DNA of 64,000 bases from Alphaproteobacteria bacterium (GTDB taxonomy: Bacteria; Pseudomonadota; Alphaproteobacteria; MPNO01), in NCBI GenBank assembly GCA_964291675.2, contig OZ219866.1:1728001-1792000 (forward strand). Reading direction: 5' to 3'. Of this stretch, positions 9,624-19,571 are shown piece after piece. Position 1 is the first letter of the stretch. The number at the start of each line of letters is the position of its first letter. The position numbers and the translations under genes were made by a program. The notes under the pieces were generated by a model, which saw nothing but the letters and a program-made list of their open reading frames with translations, was not told the origin of the DNA and did no database searches.

Positions 9624-10120
9624 TACAGCAGCAGCTCGTAGAGCGGGTAGAAGGCGGGCTCGGTATACCCCTTGGGCAGGGTGATCTTGAGCGCGATCTC
9701 GAAGAACAGGAAGGTCGCCACCGGCATGGCGATGGCGAGCGGGGCGGTCACCGACCAGGCGTGGTGGCCGATCCCGCGCATGTAGAAGATCAGATAGAGC
9801 GGGATCACCACATAGACCCCGACGACATGGATCAGCCCGATCATCACCAGGAGCGAGCCCGCGCCGATGGCGAAGACCCGGAGCGCGGTGCGGTCCATAT
9901 AGGGCTCGGCCGAGCGCGACGGCGGGCTCTGGCGCCGCGCCCAGCGCAGCACGATCCAGCCGCAGCACACCAGCATGCCCGCGGCGAGCCAGAACGGGAA
10001 GGCGCCGCCGCCCGGCCCCTCGCCCTCGATCCAGCCGACCGGAAGCTCGGCCGATTTCCACATGATGTAGACCGAGAACGCCGCCATGAACAGGGCCATG
10101 ACGAGCTCCGCGCGGCGCAT
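9623..10120 (-). CDS. tctB: Tripartite tricarboxylate transporter small permease TctB
   Basis: Multi-TM protein with GPGGGAFPFW and FFEIALKITLPKG, located between tctC and tctA. Confidence 0.88.
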   Translation of the reverse strand: MRRAELVMALFMAAFSVYIMWKSAELPVGWIEGEGPGGGAFPFWLAAGMLVCCGWIVLRWARRQSPPSRSAEPYMDRTALRVFAIGAGSLLVMIGLIHVVGVYVVIPLYLIFYMRGIGHHAWSVTAPLAIAMPVATFLFFEIALKITLPKGYTEPAFYPLYELLL

Positions 10121-10154
10121 CGGTGGCGGCTCCTGTGTCGCGAAAGCCGAAGAG

Positions 10155-10186
10155 ATCCGGCCCGGCGTCCGGGCGCCGGGCCGGAT
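10155..10186. terminator. Strong intercistronic hairpin after tctC (mRNA stabiliser or partial terminator)
   Basis: atccggcccggcgtcc/gggcgccgggccggat near-perfect palindrome with no clear U-tract. Confidence 0.5.
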
Positions 10187-10199
10187 GCGCAAATCTCGG

Positions 10200-11192
10200 C
10201 TACTTGATCTCGCCCATCGCCATCAGCAGCTTGCGATGCGCTTCACGCTCCTTGACGAAATAGTCCTGGAGCCCCTTGCCGGTCAGCCAGCCGGGCAGCA
10301 GCCCCTTGCTCGACAGGTAGTTCTGCCAGTCCTCGGACTTGTAGACCTTGTCGAACAGGTCGACGTAATAGGCCTCCGCGTCCGCCGGGATGCCGCCGGG
10401 CGCCACCACGCTGCGCTGCATGAAGTAGGACAGGTTCTGGCCCAGCTCGCCGAAGGTCGGCACGTCGGGGAACGCCTTCAGCCGCTTGGGCGTAAACGTC
10501 GCCAGCGCCCGCGACTTGCCGGCCTTCCAGAAGCCGATCTGCTCGGACGGGTTGTTGACCGTCGAGTCGATGTGCTTGCCGATGAGCTGCTTGGCGACCG
10601 TTCCGCCGCCCTTGAACGGCACATAGGTGACCTTGATGCCGTAGGCCTTCTCCAGCATCGCGGTGACCAGCGAATCCTCCTGGCCCTTGCCGGTGCCGCC
10701 CATCTTCCAGTTCTTCGGGCCGGCCTTCTTGACCGCGGCCACATAGTCCTCGACCGACATGATCTTGGTGTCGGAGTGGACCCAGAGCTGGAAGGTGTCC
10801 TCGGCGAGCCGCGCGATCGGGGTGAACTTCGAGATGTCGACGCCGAGCCCCGGGTTGCGCAGCGGGGTGGTGTAGTAGGAGTTGAGCGTCGCCATGATCA
10901 CATGCGGATCGCCCTGCTTGTCCTTGAGGTAGCGCAGCGCCTCGGCGCCCGACCCGCCGCCCTTGTTGATCGGCACCAGCGGCAGGGCTGCGAGGTTGTG
11001 CTTCTTGATGATGCCCTGGATGAAGCGGGCGAGCCGGTCGGCGCCGCCGCCCTTGCCGGCCATGATGACGAACTCGACGGGTTTCTTCGGCTTCCACGCC
11101 GCCGCCGCGTCCGAGGACGACGCGACCGTGGCCGCGCCGGCCGCAAGCGATACGGCCGCGGCCAGGGCCGCCGTCTTGGCTATGTGTCTCAC
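10200..11192 (-). CDS. tctC: Tripartite tricarboxylate transporter substrate-binding protein TctC (Bug family)
   Basis: Signal peptide, WKPKKPVEFVIMAGKGGGAD, NKGGGSGA, YVPFKGGG. GTG start after AAAGGGGA. Confidence 0.92.
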   Translation of the reverse strand: MRHIAKTAALAAAVSLAAGAATVASSSDAAAAWKPKKPVEFVIMAGKGGGADRLARFIQGIIKKHNLAALPLVPINKGGGSGAEALRYLKDKQGDPHVIMATLNSYYTTPLRNPGLGVDISKFTPIARLAEDTFQLWVHSDTKIMSVEDYVAAVKKAGPKNWKMGGTGKGQEDSLVTAMLEKAYGIKVTYVPFKGGGTVAKQLIGKHIDSTVNNPSEQIGFWKAGKSRALATFTPKRLKAFPDVPTFGELGQNLSYFMQRSVVAPGGIPADAEAYYVDLFDKVYKSEDWQNYLSSKGLLPGWLTGKGLQDYFVKEREAHRKLLMAMGEIK

Positions 11193-11324
11193 GTCTTCCC
11201 CCTTTGTTCGTAGCTGACAATCCCGCGCGCGGGCGGTCCCGCCCGGCGCGGTGCGGAAGTATCTCGCGCCTCTCTCCGCCGCGCAATCGGCTAGACTCGG
11301 GGCGAAACTGGCGGGGGACGAGGC

Positions 11325-12314
11325 ATGGACGCGGCGCCGATCTGGATCACCGAGGCCGACGTGACCGCGACGATGGCGCTGCCCGATGCGATCGCCGCCC
11401 TCGAACGGGCGCTGGCGATGGAGGCCGACGGCGCCGCCGCCAACCTGCCCAAGACGCATCTGATGGTGGCCGCCAACGACGCGATGCACGCGATCGGCGC
11501 CTCGGTGGCGGGCGCCGGGATCTGCGGCACCAAGACCTGGGTCAATGTCGGCGGCGCCTCGCAGACCGTGCTGGTGCTGTTCTCGCTGGAGGACGGGCGG
11601 CTGCGCGCCGTCATCGAGGCGACCGCGCTGGGCCAGATGCGCACCGCGGCCATGACCGGCGTCGGCACCGCCAGGCTGGCGCCGGAGGACGCGCGCTGCC
11701 TCGCCCTGATCGGCACCGGCAAGCAGGCGCTGCCCAACGCCGCCGCCTGCGCCGCCGTGCGGGACATCGAGGAGATCCGGGTGTTCAGCCGCCGCGCCGA
11801 GGCACGCGAGGCGCTCGCCCGGCGGATCGTGGACGAGCTCGGGATCCGGGCGGTCCCCGCCGCGAGCGTCGCCGAGGCGGCGGCGGACGCCCCCATCGTG
11901 ACCGCGATCACCAACGCGACCGAGCCGTTCCTGAACGCGGCGATGCTCGCGCCCGGCGCGCATCTCAACGCGATGGGGGCGATCGTGCCGGTCCGCGTCG
12001 AGTTCGCCCAGGACGTGTTCGGGCGCTGCGGCGTCATCGCCGTCGACACGGTCGAGGGCGTGCGCGCGCTGTCGGCCGAGTTCCGCGGGCGCTTCGGCGA
12101 GGACGAGGCCGGCTGGCAGGCGGTGCGCCCGATCTCGCGGCTGATCGCCGAGGATACGCGCCGCCCCGCCGGCTGCGACCTCACCCTGTTCAAGGCCGTC
12201 GGCATGGGCCTCTCCGACCTTGCGCTCGGCATCGAGGTGCTCGCCCGCGCCGAGGCGGAGGGTCTGGGGACGCGGGTGCCGGAGAGGGTCCGCGTCCCGC
12301 CGCGCCTGCGGTGA
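11325..12314 (+). CDS. Ornithine cyclodeaminase / mu-crystallin family protein
   Basis: MRTAA, GTGKQA, HLNAMGA, FKAVGMGLSDLA. Confidence 0.88.
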   Translation: MDAAPIWITEADVTATMALPDAIAALERALAMEADGAAANLPKTHLMVAANDAMHAIGASVAGAGICGTKTWVNVGGASQTVLVLFSLEDGRLRAVIEATALGQMRTAAMTGVGTARLAPEDARCLALIGTGKQALPNAAACAAVRDIEEIRVFSRRAEAREALARRIVDELGIRAVPAASVAEAAADAPIVTAITNATEPFLNAAMLAPGAHLNAMGAIVPVRVEFAQDVFGRCGVIAVDTVEGVRALSAEFRGRFGEDEAGWQAVRPISRLIAEDTRRPAGCDLTLFKAVGMGLSDLALGIEVLARAEAEGLGTRVPERVRVPPRLR

Positions 12315-12320
12315 GGCGGC

Positions 12321-12857
12321 TTACGGCTCGGCCTTCAGGAACAGGAGCCGAGCGGCGCCGTAATTCCGCCGCCTGAGCGTCGAGAATCCCGCCGCGTCCA
12401 GGGTCTCATCGCGCCCGATCTCGACGGCTGAGCATGTGGCGGGGCCGATCCAGCCCGCTTCCCGCAGGGCTTCCAGCGCGGGTCCGGCGAGGCCCTTGCC
12501 GTAGGGCGGGTCGAGGAAGGCGATGTCGACCGGGCCCGGCGCCGGCGGCGGGGCGAGGGCGTCGGCCGCGATGAGCACGGCGCCGGTCTCGCCGAGCGCG
12601 TCCGCGTTCTGCCGCGCCCAGGTCGTGTCGCGGTCGATGAAGGTCGCGCGCGCGGCGCCCCGCGAAAGGGCTTCGAGCCCGAACGCGCCGGTGCCGGCGA
12701 AGGCGTCCAGCACCGCCGCCCCTTCGATGCCGGGGAAGTCGCCGTGCAGCAGAATGTTGAACAGCGCTTCCCGCAGCCGGTCGCCGGAGGGCCGGATCGC
12801 CGTTCCCCCGGGCGCGGCGAGACGGCGCCCGCGATGCCTACCGCCGACGATGCGCAC
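12321..12857 (-). CDS. rsmD: 16S rRNA m2G966 methyltransferase
   Basis: MRIVGGRHRGRRL, VLDAFAGTGAFGLEALSRGA, FLDPPY. Confidence 0.92.
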   Translation of the reverse strand: MRIVGGRHRGRRLAAPGGTAIRPSGDRLREALFNILLHGDFPGIEGAAVLDAFAGTGAFGLEALSRGAARATFIDRDTTWARQNADALGETGAVLIAADALAPPPAPGPVDIAFLDPPYGKGLAGPALEALREAGWIGPATCSAVEIGRDETLDAAGFSTLRRRNYGAARLLFLKAEP

Positions 12858-13611
12858 GGCCGAGCTGTTCCTCCAGCACCTTCTCCTTCACCTCGGCGAG
12901 AGAGCCGCGCGCCAGCCCGCCCAGCAGGAACGGCCCGTAGCCGGTGCGGATCAGGCGGTTCACGGCAAGGCCGAGGCTCTCGAACACGCGCTTGATCTCG
13001 CGGTTGCGGCCCTCGGTGAGGCTGACGGTGAGCCAGCAATTGCGCCCCTCCGTCCGGTCGATCCGCGCCTGGATCGGGCCGTAGGCGATGCCGTCGACCA
13101 CCGTGCCGCCGGCGAGCCCGGCGAGGCGGGTCTCGTCCACCGACCCGAAGGCGCGCACGCGGTAGCGCCTCGTCCAGTCGCCGCGTTCCAGCCTGCCGGC
13201 GAGCCCGCCATCGGTGGTGAGCAGCAACAGCCCTTCCGAGTTGATGTCGAGCCGTCCCACCGAGACCACGCGGGGCAGGCCGGCGGGAAGCGCGTCGAAC
13301 ACCGTCGGCCTGCCCTGCGGGTCGACGTTGGTGCAGATCAGCCCGCGCGGCTTGTGATAGCGCCAGACGCGCCGCCGGTCGGGCGCTCCCACCGGCTTGC
13401 CGTCCACGGTGACCGCGCTCTGGCCGTCGACCAGCGTGGCCGGGGTCGACAGCACCGCGCCGTCGACCGCGACCCGGCCGGCGGCGATCCAGCGCTCGGC
13501 CTCGCGGCGCGAGCACAAGCCGGCCCGCGCCAGATACTTGGCGATCCGTTCGCCGACGCGTCCGGCGTCAGCGGCGGCAGGCCTCGACGAAGGCGTTGAA
13601 GATCCTGGCAT
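12838..13611 (-). CDS. rRNA pseudouridine synthase (RsuA/RluB family, S4 domain)
   Basis: S4 domain ERIAKYLARAGLCSRREAE, catalytic VGRLD, EGRNREIKR. Start codon uncertain. Confidence 0.88.
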   Translation of the reverse strand: MPGSSTPSSRPAAADAGRVGERIAKYLARAGLCSRREAERWIAAGRVAVDGAVLSTPATLVDGQSAVTVDGKPVGAPDRRRVWRYHKPRGLICTNVDPQGRPTVFDALPAGLPRVVSVGRLDINSEGLLLLTTDGGLAGRLERGDWTRRYRVRAFGSVDETRLAGLAGGTVVDGIAYGPIQARIDRTEGRNCWLTVSLTEGRNREIKRVFESLGLAVNRLIRTGYGPFLLGGLARGSLAEVKEKVLEEQLGRAHRRR

Positions 13612-14281
13612 CCCCCCGGTCGATCTCGTATTCGGGGTGCCATTGTACGCCAAGGCAGAAGCGGTGCCGCGTGCTCTCGATGCCCTCGATCACCCCGTCG
13701 GGCGCGCGGGCGTCGACCAGCACGCCGGCGCCGACATCGAGCGCCGCCTGGTGGTGGGCGCTGTTGACCGCCATCTCGGCGGCGCCGACGATCTCGCGCA
13801 GCTTCGTGCCCGGCGCGACCGAGACCGTATGGCCGGGCTCGGTGCGCGGGTTGGGCTGCTCGTGCGCCAGCGCGCCGTCCACCTCGTCCGGGATGTGCTG
13901 GATCAGCGTGCCGCCCAGAACCACGTTGAGGAGCTGCTGCCCGCCGCAGATGCCGAGCACCGGCATGTCGCGCGCGAGCGCGCCCTCGGTCGCCGATTTC
14001 TCGAACGCGGTGCGCCGGTCCTTGGTGGTCACCGTCTCGTGCCGGGTCGCGGCGCCGAACAGCGCCGGGTCGACGTCGAACGCCCCGCCGGTGACGACCA
14101 GCCCGTCGATGCGGTCGAGATAGTCCGCCGCGCATTCCGGCTCGTGCGGCAGCAGCAGCGGCAGCCCGCCCGCCCGGATCACCGCGCCGCAATAGTTCTC
14201 CCGGATCGCGTACCACGGCGAGCCGGAATAGCCGCCGGCGGGCTCGGAATCGAGCGTCAGGCCTATCACCGGTCGTTTCAT
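13568..14281 (-). CDS. Gamma-glutamyl-gamma-aminobutyrate hydrolase family (peptidase C26, PuuD-like)
   Basis: Catalytic triad motifs LGICGGQQ, VNSAHHQ, GVQWHPE. Confidence 0.88.
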   Translation of the reverse strand: MKRPVIGLTLDSEPAGGYSGSPWYAIRENYCGAVIRAGGLPLLLPHEPECAADYLDRIDGLVVTGGAFDVDPALFGAATRHETVTTKDRRTAFEKSATEGALARDMPVLGICGGQQLLNVVLGGTLIQHIPDEVDGALAHEQPNPRTEPGHTVSVAPGTKLREIVGAAEMAVNSAHHQAALDVGAGVLVDARAPDGVIEGIESTRHRFCLGVQWHPEYEIDRGDARIFNAFVEACRR

Positions 14282-14361
14282 CGGCCGCACTCTACCGCGA
14301 ATTCCCGCGCCGCCCGAGTCGCCGGCTTGACCGCTCGCGGCGCTCGCCGGATGGTGCGCCG

Positions 14362-14820
14362 ATGTCCCGTTCCGCCGAGAGCTGGATGGACCGCGCGCTG
14401 GCGCTCGCCGAGGCGGCAGGCAAGGCGGGCGAGGTGCCGGTGGGCGCGGTCATCGTCGATGCGCGGACCGGCGCGGCGCTGGCCGAGGCCGCCAACCGCA
14501 CCGAGCGCGACGCCGATCCCACCGCGCACGCGGAGATGCTGGCGATCCGCGAAGCCGCTCGCAGGCTCGGGGTTCCCAGGCTCGCGGATTGCGATCTCTA
14601 TGCCACGCTGGAGCCGTGTGCGATGTGCGCCCAGGCGATCGCGTTTGCCCGCATCCGCCGGCTCTATTTCGGCGCGCCCGATCCGAAGGGCGGCGGCGTC
14701 GAGCACGGCGCCAGGATCTTCGAGCAGCCCTCCTGCCACCACCGCCCGGAAGTCTACGGCGGCATCGGCGAGGTCCGGGCGGCGGCCCTGCTGCGGGCCT
14801 TCTTCCGGGAGCGGCGGTAG
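14362..14820 (+). CDS. tadA: tRNA adenosine(34) deaminase
   Basis: GEVPVGAV, DPTAHAE, TLEPCAMC. Confidence 0.88.
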   Translation: MSRSAESWMDRALALAEAAGKAGEVPVGAVIVDARTGAALAEAANRTERDADPTAHAEMLAIREAARRLGVPRLADCDLYATLEPCAMCAQAIAFARIRRLYFGAPDPKGGGVEHGARIFEQPSCHHRPEVYGGIGEVRAAALLRAFFRERR

Positions 14821-14828
14821 CCCTCCGG

Positions 14829-15042
14829 CATTCGCGCGGCCATGCGGGCCTTGGAGAGGTTCTGCGCCTCCGCCGGCCGAGCCAGCTTGTAGGCGAGCAC
14901 CGACTTGATCGCGTAGGTCTTCGCGTCCTCGTAGGTGCCGTCTTCCCGGAGCAGGTCTTCGAGCGCCGATCCGACGCGCGGGTTCTTCTCAGACATGACG
15001 GTCATGTTCCTTCATCCGGCGCTGCGCCAGTTCTTCGAGGAA
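14829..15042 (-). pseudogene. Degraded type II toxin-antitoxin locus: toxin 3' tail plus truncated XRE/HTH antitoxin
   Basis: MSEKNPRVGSALEDLLREDGTYEDAKTYAIKSVLAYKL..NLSKARMAARM (ATG 14996) resembles HigA/XRE antitoxins but homology stops mid-HTH. The upstream 17-aa tail FLEELAQRRMKEHDRHV* overlaps its start. Confidence 0.65.
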
Positions 15043-15049
15043 CCGCGCC

Positions 15050-16591
15050 TCACTCCTCCGGCTCGAAGCCGTACTCCTCCCAGCGGCTGTTGACCAGGTC
15101 CATGTCCACGTCGTGCGGGGTCACCATGGGCGGGTAGCGGTCGCCGCCATAGGCCTCCTCCGGCTCGAAGTCGAGATTGACCGTGGCGTCGATCAGCACC
15201 CGGCACCACTTGCCGGTGCCGTACAGCATCGGGTCGCGGTCCTTGAGCCGGGTCGAGGGGTCGAGCAGCGAGCCCCACGATCCCGGGAAGAACACGATGT
15301 CGTCCTCGGCCGCGTTGACCCGGTAGGCGAAGGCCCAGTCGAGCGCGCCGTAGTCGTGGATGTCGATGTCCTCGTCGACCACCCAGATGTTCTTGTAGCG
15401 CAGATGCGAGGCGTTCGAGCCCCAGATCGCCGCCGCCGCCTGCTTGGCCTGGCCGCGATAGGTCTGGCGCATCTGGATCATCAGCGTGGTGCCGTTATTG
15501 GCCGGCGCGCAGTGCACGTCGGTGATGCCCGGAACCCCGGCGCGCTCCAGCACGTTCCAGGCGACGCCGGCGCGCTGGATCGACGAGGTGATCGAGTTCT
15601 CGTTGAGCATCTTGGGCAGCGTGCCCTCCAGCGTGCCGCGATGGATCGAGCCGTCGCGATAGGTGACGCAGGTGATCCTGGTGACGTGCTTGGGGCCCTG
15701 GTCGCCGCCGAAATAGCCGGTGTACTCGCCGAACGGGCCTTCCGGCTCGAAGGTCGCCGGGTCGGGGTCGATGAACCCCTCGATCACCATCTCGGCATCG
15801 GCCGGCACCATGAGGTCCGAGGTCTCGCACTTGACCAGCGGCACCGGCTCGCCCCGGATGGCGCCCATCACGTCGTACTCCGACACCCCGGTCGGCACCG
15901 GCGCCGAGGCGCAGTAGGGCATCGCCGGCTCCCAGCCATAGACATGGGCGACCGGCATCTTCATCCCGCGGTCCTCCCATTTCTGGAAGTGGACCCCCCA
16001 GTTCTGCGCCCGCCAGAGCAGCACCGGCAAAGTGTCCTTCTGGCCCAGCATGCCGCGATAGATACCGATATTGTGGACCCCGGTGTCGGGGTCCATGGTG
16101 ACCGTCGCCGAGTAGGTGTTGATGTAGCGCCCGCCATCCTCGCGGTGCCAGCGCGGTACCGGCACCTTGTAGATGTCGATGTCGTCCCCGGTGACCACGT
16201 TCTCCTTGACCTTGCCGGTCCTGACCTCGGCGGGCGGTACGCGCTGCTGCAGATAGTGCCGGGTGGCCAGCACCAGGTCGCGGACCGGCGCGTCCTGCGG
16301 CAGGCCCAGCATCATCGCGACCCGGGAATAGTTGGAGAGCCCGCCGGTGAACACCGCGCGCGACCAGACGTCGTCGTCGGGGCCGTAGCCCGCGATGTTG
16401 TCGAACAGCAGCGCCGGGCCGTGGCCGGTGCCGAAGGTCTTGCGCGCGATGGTGCCGAGCTCGCAATCCCAGTCCACCTCGGCGCCGATTCGCTGGAGCT
16501 CGCCGGCGATGTCGAGCGCCTCGATCCAGCCGCGGAGGTCGCCGAACTGGCGCGGCTGCAAGCGGTTGGAAAGACCTTCCGGCTGGTCCAT
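15050..16591 (-). CDS. UbiD-family (prFMN-dependent) decarboxylase, copy 2
   Basis: DLRGWIEAL, NIGIYRGM, EGPFGEYTGY, VVDEDIDI. Confidence 0.9.
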   Translation of the reverse strand: MDQPEGLSNRLQPRQFGDLRGWIEALDIAGELQRIGAEVDWDCELGTIARKTFGTGHGPALLFDNIAGYGPDDDVWSRAVFTGGLSNYSRVAMMLGLPQDAPVRDLVLATRHYLQQRVPPAEVRTGKVKENVVTGDDIDIYKVPVPRWHREDGGRYINTYSATVTMDPDTGVHNIGIYRGMLGQKDTLPVLLWRAQNWGVHFQKWEDRGMKMPVAHVYGWEPAMPYCASAPVPTGVSEYDVMGAIRGEPVPLVKCETSDLMVPADAEMVIEGFIDPDPATFEPEGPFGEYTGYFGGDQGPKHVTRITCVTYRDGSIHRGTLEGTLPKMLNENSITSSIQRAGVAWNVLERAGVPGITDVHCAPANNGTTLMIQMRQTYRGQAKQAAAAIWGSNASHLRYKNIWVVDEDIDIHDYGALDWAFAYRVNAAEDDIVFFPGSWGSLLDPSTRLKDRDPMLYGTGKWCRVLIDATVNLDFEPEEAYGGDRYPPMVTPHDVDMDLVNSRWEEYGFEPEE

Positions 16592-16615
16592 CGCGTACTC
16601 CCTTCGGATATGCGG

Positions 16616-18145
16616 CTATTTCAGATCGTCGAGGCCGAGCGCCGACCAGCGCGCGAGCGCGGCCCGCCTGTCCTCTTCCATCGGCTCGACGGTCGGCGGG
16701 TAGCGGCGGCCGTCGCGCTCGGGCGGGTAGTCGAGGTTGATCGTCGCGTCGATCAGCACCCGGTGCCACTTGCCGGTGCCGAACAGGTGCACGTCGGCAT
16801 CGCGCCGCCGCACCGAGGGATCGAGCCCGGCGCCCCAGGTGGCGGGGAAGATCACGATATCGCCCTCGCCGGCATTGACCCGCCAGGCCAGCGCCCAGTC
16901 GACGGCGGCGTAGTCGTGGATGTCGATGTCCTCGTCGACGACGATGACGTGCTTGTAGCGCACATGCGAGGACGAATCGCCCCACAGCGCCGACGCCACC
17001 TGCTTGGCCTGGCCGCGATAGGTCTGGCGGATCTGCACCGCCATGTTGACCCCGGCGTGGATCGGCATGCCGAACACGTCGGTGACGCCGGGCACGCCGG
17101 CGCGCTCCAGCGCGTTCCACGCCGTCGCCGAGCGCTGGATCGAGCTCATGATCGCGTTCTCGGCATAGCTGTAGGGCAGCGCCCCCTCGACCGTGCCGCG
17201 AAAGATCGGGTCGTCGCGGTGGGTGATGCAGGTCACCCGGGCGGTGTGCTTGGGCGTCCGCTCGGTCGCGTAATACCCGGTGAACTCGGCATAGGGCCCC
17301 TCTTCCATGAAGCTCGCGGGGTCGGGGTCGATCCAGCCCTCGATGACGATCTCGGCGCTCGCCGGCACCAGGAGCGGCACCGTCTCGCAGGGGACGAGCT
17401 CCACCGGCGCGCCCCGGATCGCGCCCATCACGTCGTATTCCGAGATGTCGCGCGGCACCGGCGCGCCGGCGGTGAAGCCGAGCGAGGGCTCCCAGCCGAG
17501 CACGAAGGCGACCGGCATCTTCTCGCCCCGCGCCTCGTATTTGGTGAAATGCCCGCCCCAGTGCTGGGCCCGCCACATCAGCACCGGGATCGCGTCCCGC
17601 CCGCCCACCATGCCGCGATAGATGCCGACATTGTGCAGCCCGGTATCGGGGTCCTTGGTCACGCAGCCGGCATAGGTCAGCACGTAGCGCCCGCCGTCCA
17701 GCCGGTTCCACTTCGGCACCGGGAAGGACAACAGGTCGATGTCCCGGCCGGTGAGCACGTTCTCTTTGACCGGGCCGGTCTCCACCGTCACCGGCGGCAC
17801 GCGTTCGTTGAAGATGGTGCGGCAGATCCACACCAGGTCGCGGACCGGCGTGTCCCGCGGCAGGCCGAACATCATGGCGAGGCGGGAATAGGCGCCCTGG
17901 CCGCCGACGAACACCTCGCGGCAGCGCGCGCCGGCGCCGTAGTCCTTGATGTTGCGGAACAGGAAGGCGGGTCGGTCGCCCTTGCCCTGCGCCATGCGGT
18001 AGATCGTCCCGAGCTCGACGTCCCAGTCGACCTCCGCGTCGATCTCGCGCAGCTCGCCCGCCGCCCTGAGCGCCTCGATCCAGCCGCGCATGTCGCCGAA
18101 CGCGACCGGCTTTCGGCCGCCCGCGAGCCCGCCCTTCTCAGTCAC
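16616..18145 (-). CDS. UbiD-family (prFMN-dependent) decarboxylase, copy 1
   Basis: DMRGWIEAL, NVGIYRGM, EGPYAEFTGY, VVDEDIDI. GTG start. Confidence 0.9.
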   Translation of the reverse strand: MTEKGGLAGGRKPVAFGDMRGWIEALRAAGELREIDAEVDWDVELGTIYRMAQGKGDRPAFLFRNIKDYGAGARCREVFVGGQGAYSRLAMMFGLPRDTPVRDLVWICRTIFNERVPPVTVETGPVKENVLTGRDIDLLSFPVPKWNRLDGGRYVLTYAGCVTKDPDTGLHNVGIYRGMVGGRDAIPVLMWRAQHWGGHFTKYEARGEKMPVAFVLGWEPSLGFTAGAPVPRDISEYDVMGAIRGAPVELVPCETVPLLVPASAEIVIEGWIDPDPASFMEEGPYAEFTGYYATERTPKHTARVTCITHRDDPIFRGTVEGALPYSYAENAIMSSIQRSATAWNALERAGVPGVTDVFGMPIHAGVNMAVQIRQTYRGQAKQVASALWGDSSSHVRYKHVIVVDEDIDIHDYAAVDWALAWRVNAGEGDIVIFPATWGAGLDPSVRRRDADVHLFGTGKWHRVLIDATINLDYPPERDGRRYPPTVEPMEEDRRAALARWSALGLDDLK

Positions 18146-18248
18146 CCGGTTATCCTTCCCCGCCGCAGCCGCCGCGGCGCATCTTAGCCACGGCGCAAGC
18201 GCCGTCCAGTTGACAGCCGGCGCGGCGCCCCGGACCATCGCGCCCGCG

Positions 18249-19571
18249 ATGACCGAGAGCCCGGCCCGCAGCTTCGTCGACGACCGCCCCGGGGCGTTCC
18301 GGGTCAGGCGCGGCGCCTTCGTCGAGCCCGCGCTGTTCGAGCGCGAGCTGGAGCGGATCTTCGGGCGCTGCTGGAACTATGTCTGCCACGAGAGCCAGCT
18401 TCGCCAGCGCGGCAGCTATGTGCGGGGGACGATCGGGCGCCTTCCCGTCTTCGCGATCCGCGGTCTCGATGGCGAGATCCGCTGCTTCCACGATTCCTGC
18501 CCGCATCGCGGCTCGATGCTGACGCGCGGGCGGGCTGGGGTGCAGCCCACCATCACCTGCCGCTACCACGGCTGGGCGTTCAACGCCGACGGCAAGTGCA
18601 TCCGGGTGCGGGGCAGGGACGGGGGCTACAGCCGGGAGGCGCTGGAGAGGCTCGGCACCGATCTCAAGCCGGTCGCGCGGGTCGCCGCCTATCGCGGCTT
18701 CGTCTTCGCCTGCCTCGACGCCGATGTCGAGGAGCTGGAGAGCTTCCTCGGCGGCGCGCGGCCGTTCATCGACCTGATGGCCGACCAGTCGGAGCAGGGC
18801 ATGGAGGTGCTGAAGGGCGAGAGCACCTATGTCATGCGGGCCAACTGGAAGCTGCAGACCGAGAACTCGACCGACGGCTATCACGTCGCCACGGTGCACC
18901 GGAACTTCGCCCATGCGGTGCGCCAGCGCGAGGCGCTCGCGGGCGAGACCGGCGATGCCCGCGCCAGGACCGAGGCGAGCCGCATCCTCGACCTCGAGAG
19001 CATCCGCTCCGGCGGCTACGACATGGGCAACGGGCACATGATCAACTGGTCGGACCGGGGCTCGCCCGAATCCGCCCCGCTGAACGAGGCGCGCGCGGCG
19101 CTGGTCGCGCGGTTCGGTCCGGGCAAGGCGCGCTGGATGATCGACCGCGGCCGCACAGTGACGATCTTCCCCAATTTCTTCCTCAACGATGTCGCCTCGA
19201 CCTGCATCCGGCTGTGGCGGCCGGTCGCCGTCGACCTCACCGAGATCGACACCTGGTGCCTCGCCCCCATCGGCGAGAGCGCCGCGGCCAGGCGCGCCCG
19301 GATCCGCAAATACGAGGACTTCTTCCTGCCCTCCAGCCTCGCCGTGCCGGACGACGTGCGCGCGATGGAGGTCGCCCATGCCGGCTCGCTCGCCGCCGGC
19401 GGGACGGCGTGGAACGACCTCGCGCTCGGCCGCGCGACGATGATCGAGGGGGCCGACGAGGCCGCAAGCGAGCTCGGCGCGGCGCCGCTCTACAGCAATC
19501 CCGGGCGCGAGAGCGAGACGCCGTTCTACGCCTTCTGGCGCGAGTGGCGGCGCCGGATGGACGGGCCGTGA
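18249..19571 (+). CDS. Aromatic ring-hydroxylating dioxygenase alpha subunit (benzoate/anthranilate-like family)
   Basis: Rieske CPHRG..CRYHGW, ANWKLQTENSTDGYHVATVH, PDD. Confidence 0.9.
   Translation: MTESPARSFVDDRPGAFRVRRGAFVEPALFERELERIFGRCWNYVCHESQLRQRGSYVRGTIGRLPVFAIRGLDGEIRCFHDSCPHRGSMLTRGRAGVQPTITCRYHGWAFNADGKCIRVRGRDGGYSREALERLGTDLKPVARVAAYRGFVFACLDADVEELESFLGGARPFIDLMADQSEQGMEVLKGESTYVMRANWKLQTENSTDGYHVATVHRNFAHAVRQREALAGETGDARARTEASRILDLESIRSGGYDMGNGHMINWSDRGSPESAPLNEARAALVARFGPGKARWMIDRGRTVTIFPNFFLNDVASTCIRLWRPVAVDLTEIDTWCLAPIGESAAARRARIRKYEDFFLPSSLAVPDDVRAMEVAHAGSLAAGGTAWNDLALGRATMIEGADEAASELGAAPLYSNPGRESETPFYAFWREWRRRMDGP

Noticed and set aside
14754-15005. Intact 83-aa antitoxin gene
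   Set aside because: Homology appears to end mid-HTH and the remainder is antisense tadA sequence, so it is treated as a pseudogene.
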